From Atractiella rhizophila (Eukaryota), in NCBI GenBank assembly GCA_021432655.1, contig MU271318.1, positions 62,001 to 94,481 on the forward strand: a stretch of 32,481 bases of DNA. The letters run 5' to 3'. Both the position numbers and the translations under genes were made by a program. The first letter of the stretch is position 1. Each line of letters starts with the position of its first letter. This document shows, in pieces, positions 21,883 through 32,481 of the stretch. The notes beneath the pieces are model-generated. The model saw only the letters and a list, made by a program, of their open reading frames with translations, did no database searches and was not told the DNA's origin.

Positions 21883-24550
21883 ATGATGCTGGACGACAGT
21901 GCCTGAAGTCACTTCCTTCCTCCCTCTGACTCCACAGAACCCGATCCAACCCCCACGACCTAACAAACGACGGTCTTCTTGCTCAGCTTCTCCTCAACCT
22001 TCCACCTCTCAAAATCCATCCTTGACCTCTCGGAATGTATCAACAAAAAACGTCTCATCGTATGCGGCAAAGAGTGCTAATGGGATCAAGCGCACGCGTC
22101 TCTCGCCATCAGCATCCTCAACCTTTCCCCCGATTCCAACTGCTGGAAACTCTCAGTTGAACTTGTCAGTTCAGTACCGGCCTGCTCCGTCACTCAAGGA
22201 TGTGGGTATGACTGTGGATGCGAATGCAGAGGCGGAGGCGGAGGAGGAAGAGATGTATCGGATCATATACGACGAGAAGGAGAAGATCTATCGCATCCAA
22301 ATCTTCGCCACCGACGGGAACGAGTCTCATTGGCCGAGCACGCAGGATGGCCCGTTTGAAAACATTACTCGGCCCAAGCAGAAGACGTTAGAGATGTGGC
22401 TGAAGAAGCTCGGCGACTCCGTGGCAAAGCTGCTCGAACTCGATATGAGTGCGTTTCTTCCTTCCCATCCGAGCGGATCATGGTACTCATCGATTCTTTT
22501 TGTTTCGTCCGGTCGGTTGGGTTGGGACGATTGTTGGGATGGAAAGACAGGAAGACATACGCGCTCGCAGCCTTCCCTCCCGGATACAACCTCTTCACCA
22601 AAACTCGAAGGAAGAGCGGGGACCCGACAGATCCCACCAAAGTTCGATCAGACGCCTACCTGTACGGTCGTCCCAATGTGATCTATAGGTCTCCCAACGA
22701 GTTTGTCGCGCACGCTTACTGGCTTCTTCAACCGCTCTCCGCCTCCAAAGTCTGCGAATGCATATACTGCGGCCCAAAGACTGGACATCGGGAGTCGCAG
22801 AAGGTGGTCAACAGGGAGGTGTTGGGGCTCAAGGATCCGCAGAGGAAGAGCGGATCGAAATGGGGAAAGATTGCTCCGTGGCTCAGGAGGGATGGCAAGC
22901 TCCTCCCCGCGCCTGATAAGAGTATTGTGGAAAGGTCAAAGACTTTCCAGGAGGGAAGGACGGTCCCGAACCTGTCGAAGAGCTTGTCGAAAGATAGGGA
23001 GAAGGATTTGAGAGCGGCGGAAGGAATGTTTAGGGAGTTGGAGCTCGTTTGGGTCAGGTTGGAGAAGCGGATCGGGAGCGAGAACAAGAGTGAAGACGAC
23101 GCAGAGGAACTCGCCATCACCCATTGGCCCGCAGTCGTGTTCAAGAAAACGAGCAAGTTGAGGGGATCGGCAGGGATTTGGAAGTCGGAATACTCGGTAC
23201 GCCTCCCTCGCAGCAGACAACGATTTGGAAGTCGAAGAGGACAGCTTGTTGCCTTGGTCCGTCCTCTCCCCTCTCCGTCTACCCTCTCGAAATTGGTTGG
23301 CGGAAGATGTGCTGATTGGATGCAATGTGATGGAACAGGTTGGCCCATCCGCCGAATAATAAGCTGTTTGAGTTGGAGCTGAGGACTCCGAAGGGCATTG
23401 CAGCAATTTGGGATGAGAAGCAACAACAGGGCGCGAGGGTATCCATCAAGGATATAGGCGACGTTTATACCGCTGTGACGCCTTACGCACTCGCATTACA
23501 GAGTCTGTCCTTCCATTCCTCCAAAGCTGTAGCAGCAGAGGCTAAAATGGAATGCTTGAATGCTAGCCGGGGCTCACATCATTAGCTGCTTCCTAATGTT
23601 CGACAGGTGGGTAAACCTCATATACCCCTTTCTAGTCTGTCCAATAGTCTCAGATAATACCTTCTTTAGGTACAAGCTCAGCAGGCAGGATATGATATCG
23701 AGGTCGGCTGCGACTTCAGAGCAGAGGGCACGGATGAATGAGGCACTCAAGTTTCAATACTACCAAGGACTGTTCTGGGGGTGCGCCGTCTCTTCATCCG
23801 CCTCCAAGACAACATATCAATAATGACGACTTGGATTGGCAAAATAGAGCAGAAAAAATCTGGAGCGGTGAACTTGTCCGTTTGCTCGCCAGAGAAGAAG
23901 ACCTCCCACTGGAGTTCTCCGCCCAGATCCGACCTGGATCCTTCAAGTCCTTCTTCCTCAAGATCCACTGCTTCTTTGTCGAAGCAGAATCGTCCGCCCA
24001 AGTCGCAGGCGAGCTGTTCGGTCTTCGAAAGATTACCTCCTCAGCCCCGATGCCGTCACCCGTAGCCAACATCTTTCCCACCAAAGGATACTTCTTCCAA
24101 CCCCTGTCGCCATCAGGCGGACAACACATCTTTGACATCGAGTACCTCGCAGGACGATACTATATTCCCTCTCCTTCTTTCAAAGTTGAGGAAATTGAAT
24201 CCTCCTTGCCTCCCACAGGAAATGATGGAGTAGCAGGCCAATTGTCTCGGGTTGCTACGTTGGCAGGATTTCATCCAGGCACTAGTTTGTTCATGAAATC
24301 CAGCTCCTGGTTGCAGCCCAGGAGACAGCAAATTGTGGAAGCCGAGAAGAAGGCCCAAGCAGAGATGCTCGAGTATATCAGGACTCCGACGGATGATAAT
24401 GTCCAGGTGGACGCTGTCGTCGATGATACGCAAGTCCCGGTACGTTCGTCCATTGGAACATTCGTGGTAGGGGAGGCTCATTGCTTCCACGCGTGCATAG
24501 GAGCAGGAAGTTATCATGCTCCCCACACCTTGAAGCCCTCGGTGATATGA
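21883..24550 (+). CDS. clr2: Cryptic loci regulator 2 (Clr2)-family transcription-silencing protein, multi-exon, with an apparent +1 frameshift
   Basis: N-terminal domain: TDGNESHWP, WLKKLG, YALAAFPPGYNLF, RSDAYLYG, YRSPNEFVAHAYWLL, CECIYC. Middle: FRELELVW, ITHWPAVV. C-terminal domain: YQGLFWG|AEKIWSGELVRL...LAGRYY. Predicted GT-AG introns: 22449-22546, 23339-23393, 23503-23566, 23607-23669, 23781-23847. Start and stop are uncertain. Confidence 0.88.
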
Positions 24551-24669
24551 GGCTCTGTTTGCCAATTGCTGTTATTATTTGTCATACTCCCTGCCAAACA
24601 TTGCTTAGATAATGCGAAACAACGAGGAAACAAACATTGGGTGAAGGAAGCACTGACCCGTGGACATCT

Positions 24670-25620
24670 GCCCTTTTTATACCGCCGGACAATGTATAGC
24701 ATCTTCGCCTCCACCTTGGCCAATGAATCTGCATCTCCATACTGTTCAAGTGCTCTCCACATGGCCCTCCTTATGCCGGATTTCAAGCTTCGCAAATGCA
24801 TGGTAAACAGGTTGAGCCTTCACCGACTCGTCTTCTTCTCCATAGAACTCCATCGCCATGTGAAAGATTTCCCTCGCTCGATCCAACATCCCATGCACCT
24901 CCTCAAACTTTGCCCATTTAATACATATCCCTGTTCCCGGATGACAATTGACAACCTCTCATACACATTACTTGCACGGTCCAGCTACCCATACCTTACC
25001 TCCGTTTTGACATATGCGCTCCAAGCCTTTCATCTGGCTCCCATCCAGCGCTTGAATATCTGCGAGCGCCGCCCGCATTCCCCAAGAGTTCCTCAAGGAA
25101 TACGTATTTGTACCAGAGCTGGTCCAGATGGGGGGAAGGGTGAAAGCTCGATCGAAGACGTTGCGCGTGTTGAATGTTACGCGCTGTGAGCTCCATCTCC
25201 GTATATGACATCAACACCTTTATTTCAGCCGGAGAGACGTCTAGGACCTTCTCATAGACCGACCTCGAGCGATCGGACTCTCCTTTGAGACTTCCCATGA
25301 AGCATATTTCACCATGTTGCTCAAGAACAAAGGGATGGCGAACATTGATACAAGTCCTCCTAATCATTTCCTCAAACTCCTTCCTCTTTCCCGCCGAGTA
25401 CTCACTAAGCTCTTTGAAATCCTCGATTCGTTGGCAGGGAGCAATATCTTTGGGTTCTTGCCGTTCCTGCCCTTCACGAAGATATTTATCTATGGTTGAT
25501 TGAAGCACCAGACAAGATATAAATGGACCAAAGTTAGCTCCAATCTGAGAAAAGACATAGAAAAACTTCATCGACGCAGGCACGGAGTCCAAAAACTTGG
25601 ATTCTCCACGAACTTACTTG
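24670..25620 (-). pseudogene. CLF1: Crooked-neck/CLF1 (SYF3) HAT-repeat splicing factor pseudogene, N-terminal part
   Basis: LREGQERQE...APCQRIEDFKELSEY..KRKEFEEMIRR, VKYASWE, DRSRSVYEKVLDV, SYTEMEL.ARNIQHA, DQLWYKYVFLEELLGNAGGAR, WEPDE, AFAKLEIRHKE. Multiple frameshifts, stops and deletions. Confidence 0.92.
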
Positions 25621-26830
25621 GTTCGTCCTCCTCTGCTCCTGGTGAAATGGAAGTTGTGGAGCTGACGATGAAGAAAACACAACCCGTGGCAGCAAGCACA
25701 ATCCCGGTGAGAGCAAACCCTTGCCTGGTGAGATGAGGAATGTCGGGATGTGAGGCAATCGAAGCTGGGATGATGGCGGGCTAAAAGGCGATGAAAAGTG
25801 CTGAGCAGCGTTTTGAGGGAGTAGAGTCTTCCCAGGAAATTTGAGCGGACAACAAATGACGACCGTGGCGGGGCAGTGACCTCAAGAATAAGTCTTATCA
25901 TTCTCCCCTCCTGTCGAAGGCGACGCCTGACACGTAGAGAACACAAGAGATAGAGGAGATCCAATCCGGTGATAGCAAAGCCGCTCCTGACCTCTACGGA
26001 AAGTGAAGATTCGCAGCGAAGGGAGCAGCGAGAGCGGATAAAGCTCGTGAAGGATTTAAAGCCCTCCTCACCTCTCGGAGGGGTCCGGCAGAATAACTCA
26101 TTTTCAGATATGCGTCGTAACGACTTGAAGCGTTGCCAATTGCGTTGGATTTGATACGTGATACGCAGACGATGCGCCAGCAGATCTGGTCGACGTTAGT
26201 CGTGAAAGTGAGAGAACGATGTACTAGATAAAACCTTCCTGCTAGCTCGTGATCCGGGTGAAAGTCTGATGCGTCCCCTCTTGCAGCTATGCCGTTGACA
26301 GGGCTTCACAGACAGCCAGAAATGACGACCTAATATGAAGGCTGTAGCCGTCCAGCTTAGTGGAAAGGATGGTGAGGTCAAAGCGTACAAGAGGATACGA
26401 GACTTCGTGATATATCCATGAGAATCCATGAGTTAACGAAGTTTCTCTTCTGTACTGGGGGAAACTGATAGACCACACTGACTCCAGATGTTTTTGAGTG
26501 AGGCATTGGCTTGGGACACTTCACGACGCAGGAGCCCACTATCAGAGATATTGTATACAATTGCTCGTTGAAATCTCGGGAGAGATACATGTTTTGTTAA
26601 TGGTCGCGGAGCGTCCATCATGAGGTTGACGATTAGGGTGGAGAACGCTGAGGTAGTCTGAGAACCACGGACCCGAGACTGAGAGAGCCGCTACATAATA
26701 TGCTTTTACCACACCGTTAAGACCTTTGATAAAACCCTAGCACATCCTCAGACAATCTCTTGAAGCATCTTGGGAGAAAAGTAGTGGCGTACCGGAATGC
26801 ATTGTTTCGGAGGTGTTTTTACACATCCCT

Positions 26831-27505
26831 TCATTTTTCTTCGCACCTCTTGCAACGAGAGCAGATGGGCTCCTTCTTGTTTAATTCTTCCTGCATTTGT
26901 TCCTTCTCCAACCTTAAATTGTGGATCGCCAACTTGAGACCTTCGTTTTGTCCGTGGAGCTCCTGCAATTCTGCGACTCACCAAAATGCTCTAGAGTTGG
27001 CCATCAGGTTTGGACGGAGGCTGCTTACGAGCTGTCAGGTATCTCACCCAGACTGTTTTCTTCAAGCGAGATTTGGTAGCGCTTATTCGATTTTTGCGGC
27101 GTCTTTCTTCGGGTGACTCTGTGAGCTTAAGAGGAAGCTTTTTGGATCGGTACATGATGGGAGAGGTGGTTGGATGTGGGACCTAGAACAAGTCAATCAG
27201 AAGAGAGGATGGTATTGGACGCGACTTGCGAGTTGAGCGTGAAAGCTTTGCTCTTCGGGAGAACTATCGAATTCAGGGGATTCGTCTCCTTCATTTGCAC
27301 TTGCGGCGATTCCCTCGGACGACACTCCCGTAGTCCAGCTGCGCTGTTGATTACCTTCGCCCCAAGCCCTATCTTGAACATTGCTCGCAGATGACGTGTT
27401 GAGATCTTGTCCAGGAAGAGGGAGTTGTGGAGTAAAAGCAGTCGTCGCCGCATCGATCTGATTTATGATTATGGGATAAGGATTGTAGAAATGAAGGGGA
27501 GGCAT
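26831..27505 (-). CDS. bZIP transcription factor, three exons, 189 aa predicted
   Basis: Exons 27505-27230, 27182-27029 and 26970-26831 total 570 nt in one open frame. The spliced product contains EERRRKNRISATKSRLKKTVWVRYL (N-x7-R-x9-L) and the heptads L-TAQLQE-L-HGQNEG-L-KLAIHN-L-RLEKEQ-M. Intron 1 is GCAAGT...TAG and intron 2 is GTAAGC...CAG. Confidence 0.85.
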
Positions 27506-27867
27506 GTTCTGCAGCTCGACCTCTTTCAGTTTGTGAAATTATAACTTTAGACACCAACCAAAGAGGACGTCTCGTGAGGGTTGGATCCCTCGTTCAACCT
27601 CCCTTGACGACCCACGTAATAAATTGGCGCCGGGTCATTGGCCCATTGCAGTCTTTCTTTCAACACATGTTGCTAGGTAGACATGTCCAATGACTGACTG
27701 TCAAAATGCAAATTGTCGAAGAATTGCTCACAGGGGACGTGAGAATGCAACGGAGGAATGAAGTAGGGTGATAAAGAGTTTCCGATAGTGCTGGTGGAAC
27801 TGTGACAAAGTGTTCACGGTGCGAATAATCGTCGCGAACACCGTGTGAGGGGCCTTTCTCAGCGCCT

Positions 27868-28172
27868 TCAGCTTAATATGAACAGGATAGAAGAGAAAAG
27901 AGAATGTTGTTGCGCACCGAAAGAGCCTTCAGGTAGCGCTTTAGCGTATCCGTTTGAGATGGGGAACCCAGAATCGAAGGGCTGGTGTTGGTCAACCCGA
28001 AGTCCAGTTGCAGCCACAACCCCGCTCAAGGTGTAGGCTGGCGGGGCCAGCCTGCTATCTGGCAGCCAGGCTCCACCATTTGAGGGGAGCGACATCCCAG
28101 ATTTTGTGTATTCCGCCTCGCAAAATTGGGGTAACGCGGTGGATTGGGACGAAAGGTGTTGCGTAAGATTGT
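27868..28172 (-). pseudogene. 3' part of an exon interrupted by the hAT insertion, possibly the end of the F-box gene at 29287-30087
   Basis: The reading frame is continuous with 29347-29287 once the element and one TSD copy are removed. Confidence 0.5.
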
Positions 28173-29286
28173 TAGGGATGGCTATCGGAGTCGAATCGTA
28201 CCAGCTACGCCGGGTCCGATGGCCAGTCGTGTATCGATCGAAGACAAAAATGGACCACGACTTACGATTCGATACGAGTACGGCTCCCAAGGCGTATCGA
28301 ATCGCCAGCGTGTAGATTTTACGACTACGATACGATACACGATTCCATGCGCACGTTTTTGGGGGAACGGCACTAATAGTAAGCTGTTCACATCACTCTC
28401 AGCTGCATGTGCTTACAGTCCTCAGCCCCATGGCTGCTGTCCGCCGCCAGCATATAAATCCTCACTATCTTCTCCCCGTTGACGTCGCGCCACCATGGCA
28501 ACACTGGACATTCTCGGGCTAGGAAAAAGGTCAAGGACTTCAGTGGATATTGCGAAGAGGAACTACGAGGATGGGACTGCACTTAGCCAGTCCAAGAAGC
28601 GAAAGGATGAGGAGTCTGAGTGCGTCTTCTCTCCTTACAATGGACGCTTGTTGATTGACATTGCACACAGACACCAAAAGATAAGCGGAGTTCGAAGCCA
28701 TGCAAGAAGTCGATCATTACATGAAGCAGCCACAACTCCCTGCTTCGGTCATGTCTTGGAATTATACAAGGTTCAATCGACTGCCTCGCTGCCCGCATGG
28801 TCTCGGATGGCAAGAGACATACTCTCCATCCCTGGTTTGTCCTCTGCCTCTCTTCTAACATGTTTAGATTTGATAACTTCAAAGGGTGTGCTGTTGGTGT
28901 GGAACGGGTATTTTCAGCTTAGGTTAGATCGGACAAGAGAGAGGATGGAGCTGTTGAGGAAGCTGGAAGAAGCTGAAAAGATGCACGAGATGCAGGTTCT
29001 GGCCAAAGCACAGAGCTGAATTTTGTCTTTACCATGACCATCTTGTATTTCATTTCATAATGCAATTTACACAGGCAATTACTGTCCATTAAAAGAGAAT
29101 CGCCGTCAGGCACCTTCCAGCAACCCGTACTGCCGATCGACCTACGACGCCGAAATCGTATCGGAGGCTATATCGAACGAAGCTGATTTTGAGCTACGAC
29201 TACCGATACGATACGACTACGGCTTATAAGCCGCCACGAATCGACCAGGGCCTCTCCGATACGATACGATTCGATAGCCATCCCTA
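28173..29286 (+). mobile_element. Non-autonomous hAT DNA transposon (1114 bp) with intact ends
   Basis: Perfect 15-bp TIRs TAGGGATGGCTATCG at 28173-28187 and 29272-29286. Perfect 8-bp TSD AAGATTGT at 28165-28172 and 29287-29294. Many subterminal TACGA/CGAT motifs. Internal hATC remnant LPAWSRMARDILSIPG...VGVERVFS. Confidence 0.96.
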
Positions 29287-30087
29287 AAGATTGTAACGAG
29301 TGACTATGGTTGTGGGCAAATGACGACCAACAAAGCGTCTCATGAGCCTGAAAGTATGGATGAGTGAAACCCTCAAAATTCAGCCTCTCAATTTGGGCTC
29401 GACATAAATGTATTTGTAACAACACTTCGCGTGCTCCACAGCTTTCCACACGACGATCATGACGACGCATTAGCATATATATTGCACAGGAGATAGAACA
29501 ACCTCCGCGTCAAAAGCTTTGAGATTTATTGCAGATCTCCAGGAAAGCGACGTTAGAACAGTGATCCAGGATTGAGGTCTCTCGACAGTTGAGGTGACGA
29601 CGCAGCACTCCCTTCAAGCCTTCGATTGCATTCATAGCGTGTTTGCCTCTTCGGCATTCCTAAGTCTGCTTTCATCACAGTAGGTGAGCACATGATTACC
29701 TTTTACACCGTCTCAGCGCCAGTATTGCACTCAAGCCGCAGACTCCCCCCGACAAACTTCAAGCCCAGGATCCAGTTGGAGGCGAGCGTACTTCTTTTCC
29801 CCAGTATCAGGCTCCCACCGATAAGGAATTGAGACAGCCTTCCAGAGCTTGCAAACGTATGGGAGCTCGTCGTATGCATCGGTATTGAGAAATGTGAAAA
29901 TAGTAGACAGTAGCTCGATGGAAAGTTGGGAAACGGAGCATGGGGCCGGAGTTGGAGGGATTGAGAGTTGGATGGCCACAGGCTCATGACGGAGGGATGA
30001 GATTGATGACCGTGCGTCAGGAGTGATAGCAACCCAGCTGCGTTCTTCTTCAGAGTAGTTTGCGATGGGCCATTGGCCGCTTGACAA
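29287..30087 (-). pseudogene. F-box protein pseudogene (third copy, different subfamily)
   Basis: VSQLSIELLSTIFTFL....YDELPYVCKLWKAVS is an F-box motif. The frame stops at 29731 and only broken coding-like pieces follow. Confidence 0.7.
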
Positions 30088-32481
30088 TGGTCACTGACGT
30101 CTGTGGAGAATTTTGAGACAGCACTGATTGGTTTCGTATACATGTCACACTATTGACCCAACACCTCCACCTAAATATCGACATCTGACACATGGAATTT
30201 AGGAGAGAGCAATCTTTGAAGTTCACATGTGTTCCCACAATACACAACACGCCGCGATCGGATCGTTGCGACTGAACTGTTCACCTCTGATCTTACAAGA
30301 AATAAAATGCTTTCTGATGACTGCAGGACGTTTGTCTTTAAATCCTGTTAGCTTGAAGGGAAAGAGCGAGTGGAACCTCTGTCACTCACATTTGTTCTCT
30401 ATGTCAAAGCTTTGACAGATGCAGCTAAAAGTTAATGAAATGACGCTCTCGAAGCTATTAGCAACGTACGATTGACCTGCTCCTGTGTGAACGAAAAGTC
30501 AAGGAAGCAGAGAACGAGGTCAAGAGCAAAGTATTGAGCTTACCTCGCAGCCAGAGTAAGCCATCTCGTGTGGACGGAAAGTATTCCGTACCATACTGGT
30601 CTAATACGCGTCGATACGAGCCTTCCCAAAGAGGGTGAGGTAGCGTTGAATTGCGCTAGAACCACCTTACCGCAGGAAAGACTTCGAGGAAAGGTCACAA
30701 TGAATTCAAAGAGTAAAGAGTTTGTCAGCTGCCTACCGATCAAAATGTCCTCGGAGCTATGTTTGTGACGCTCTCTAAAGTCTTGCAGAGAATACAACTT
30801 GCCCATCCCTGTTTTCCAGATATAAACCTCGTCTGTCAGGTTCATCCTCTCGCAAAGGTGATTCAAAGATAGCCTAAAAGGGGGAGGTGAGGTAGGGTGA
30901 AGCTTGTGACAGCTCCCTTTTATTTTGCCGCCATGAATGGTCAAGGTTCTCGGGATGTCCACCAGAATTGTTCATGCCGTTACGGTAGATTGCGAAGTTA
31001 TTACGGTAGATTGCAAAGAATATGTTTGGGGCATCAAGATCTTGATTTCATGAGAGAGATAACGGGTGAGTCCGCCACAGAGCTTGAAACCACGACAATA
31101 CGACAACAATGCTCCATCTGCATTGAAAAGGGAACTGTGGATTAGAAGAACCAAGGAAACAATCTGACAGCACGGTACTTGGGGTAGAGAGATGTTGTGA
31201 GAACTGGGATAAGAAACAAAACATGTACATGAATACTCAATATTCCTTCCAGGCATGATGAAATGTGATGAGAATTAAACCCAATCTCGCACTAACACCT
31301 CTTCCCTCAGCCAAATCTCTTACTATGTCATTTCAGTGCCAGATACAGAACAGTTCGTTGGATGAAACGGTCATACCTTATTGATACGATGAACGCAGGA
31401 TCAATAAGAGGCGTCATTTTGGTGGATGCTTTGTATCAAAGCGGATGTTGCATAGCCCAGATCAACGAAGCTGGATCAAAACTGTCATCCTTAATGCTTG
31501 CATCTGCTGGATGTTTAATGAAGGCTCGTTTCTCCTGTAACGGTAACGATCAGATATCCGATTTTTCTCACTCAATCTTCTTTGGGCAGACATTTCACCG
31601 AATCTCAGTACACCCAATCTTCCCTGATGCGCAGCCTCTACTCTCTGTCAACTCTTATAAAAATCCTTGCTCCGGCAAGCCGACCTACCGCCTATAGATT
31701 GGGGTACTGCAAGAACAAGTATTAGAGATCATGTCTCAAGCTCCCACAACGCACAAATTCGTCTGAATGAATCATGCTGACCATTGCACACGCGGCTGAT
31801 GCCGCTGATGAGGATGACAATCATCGTGTTTCAGGATTTGTGATGCGGACACCCACTTCCGAGTCCACCCAATTTCAAACAGTTGGCGAATCCATCACTC
31901 CCACCAACGGCTTTGCGATCTGTGTCCTCACGATGGTGATCCCTGATCATTGCTCGGAGAACGTTGAGATGATTTAAGTTGGACAATGTACTGATTCCCT
32001 GCAGGCATGATCTGTTCTGTCCCCCTCTTGTCTCGTTTAATGTGGGTACGTGGGCTTCAGTCACGCTATCTTCTCCGGGAAAGGACTCAGAAGGAAACAT
32101 CGATTTTATGCAAGGATGATCAGGAAACAGAGTCAATCGCACTGGTCCATCTCATCACCCCAGTAGAATTAACACATGGCACTCCAATCCACCTCTCCAT
32201 TCTTCCCTCTTTCATTTCTCGCCTCCCCCCATCAATACACATGCTCCGAATCACGTTTGTCTTACCCGTTCGATTCTGGAGGTTCCACTGCGGGCCGTCG
32301 AAATCGACTTACTTCTCTTTGGAAGGTATCGAAAATGGAGTCGAATGCGACGACGCGGTGAACCTTTCCATGACTTTGGGGGAAAAAAGTATTATGGTTA
32401 CTTTTGCGGATGTCAAACATCATGCATCCGTGCACGATGACTCCAACTCCAACTTGCAGCCCTTCACATGCATGTTTCATC

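Noticed and set aside
22728..23426. 232-aa and 156-aa minus-strand ORFs
   Set aside because: Antisense shadows of the clr2 coding exon.
24566..25189. 207-aa plus-strand ORF
   Set aside because: Antisense shadow of the CLF1 pseudogene.
30980..31014. 14-bp direct repeat TTACGGTAGATTGC with a 21-bp period
   Set aside because: Only two copies, most simply a small local duplication.
30540..32481. Assorted short ORFs and intron-like signals at the right end
   Set aside because: Possibly further pseudogene fragments, but no family could be recognised from sequence alone.

Overview
Eukaryotic, intron-containing DNA, most likely from a basidiomycete fungus (inferred from the NLR type, the Clr2 gene and short introns with GTRAG/GTGCG donors). 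The window is a transposon- and pseudogene-rich region. It holds remnants of a probable LINE, a pogo/Fot1 deletion derivative with TIRs and TA TSD, a Helitron, a Ty1/copia integrase, a CACTA/EnSpm-like transposase, a MULE-SWIM transposase, an old hAT, and a young non-autonomous hAT with perfect TIRs and an 8-bp TSD. Host-type sequences are: a truncated NB-ARC/STAND-TPR NLR with near-identical 120-bp TPR repeats and a poly-G frameshift; three decayed F-box genes; a thioredoxin-like fragment fused to the Helitron; a Clr2-family silencing gene with an apparent frameshift; a CLF1/crooked-neck pseudogene; and an apparently intact spliced bZIP gene that the ORF track misses. No RNA genes or CRISPR arrays were seen. 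All family calls come from motif recognition by eye, not database searches, and single-base frameshifts could be assembly errors.
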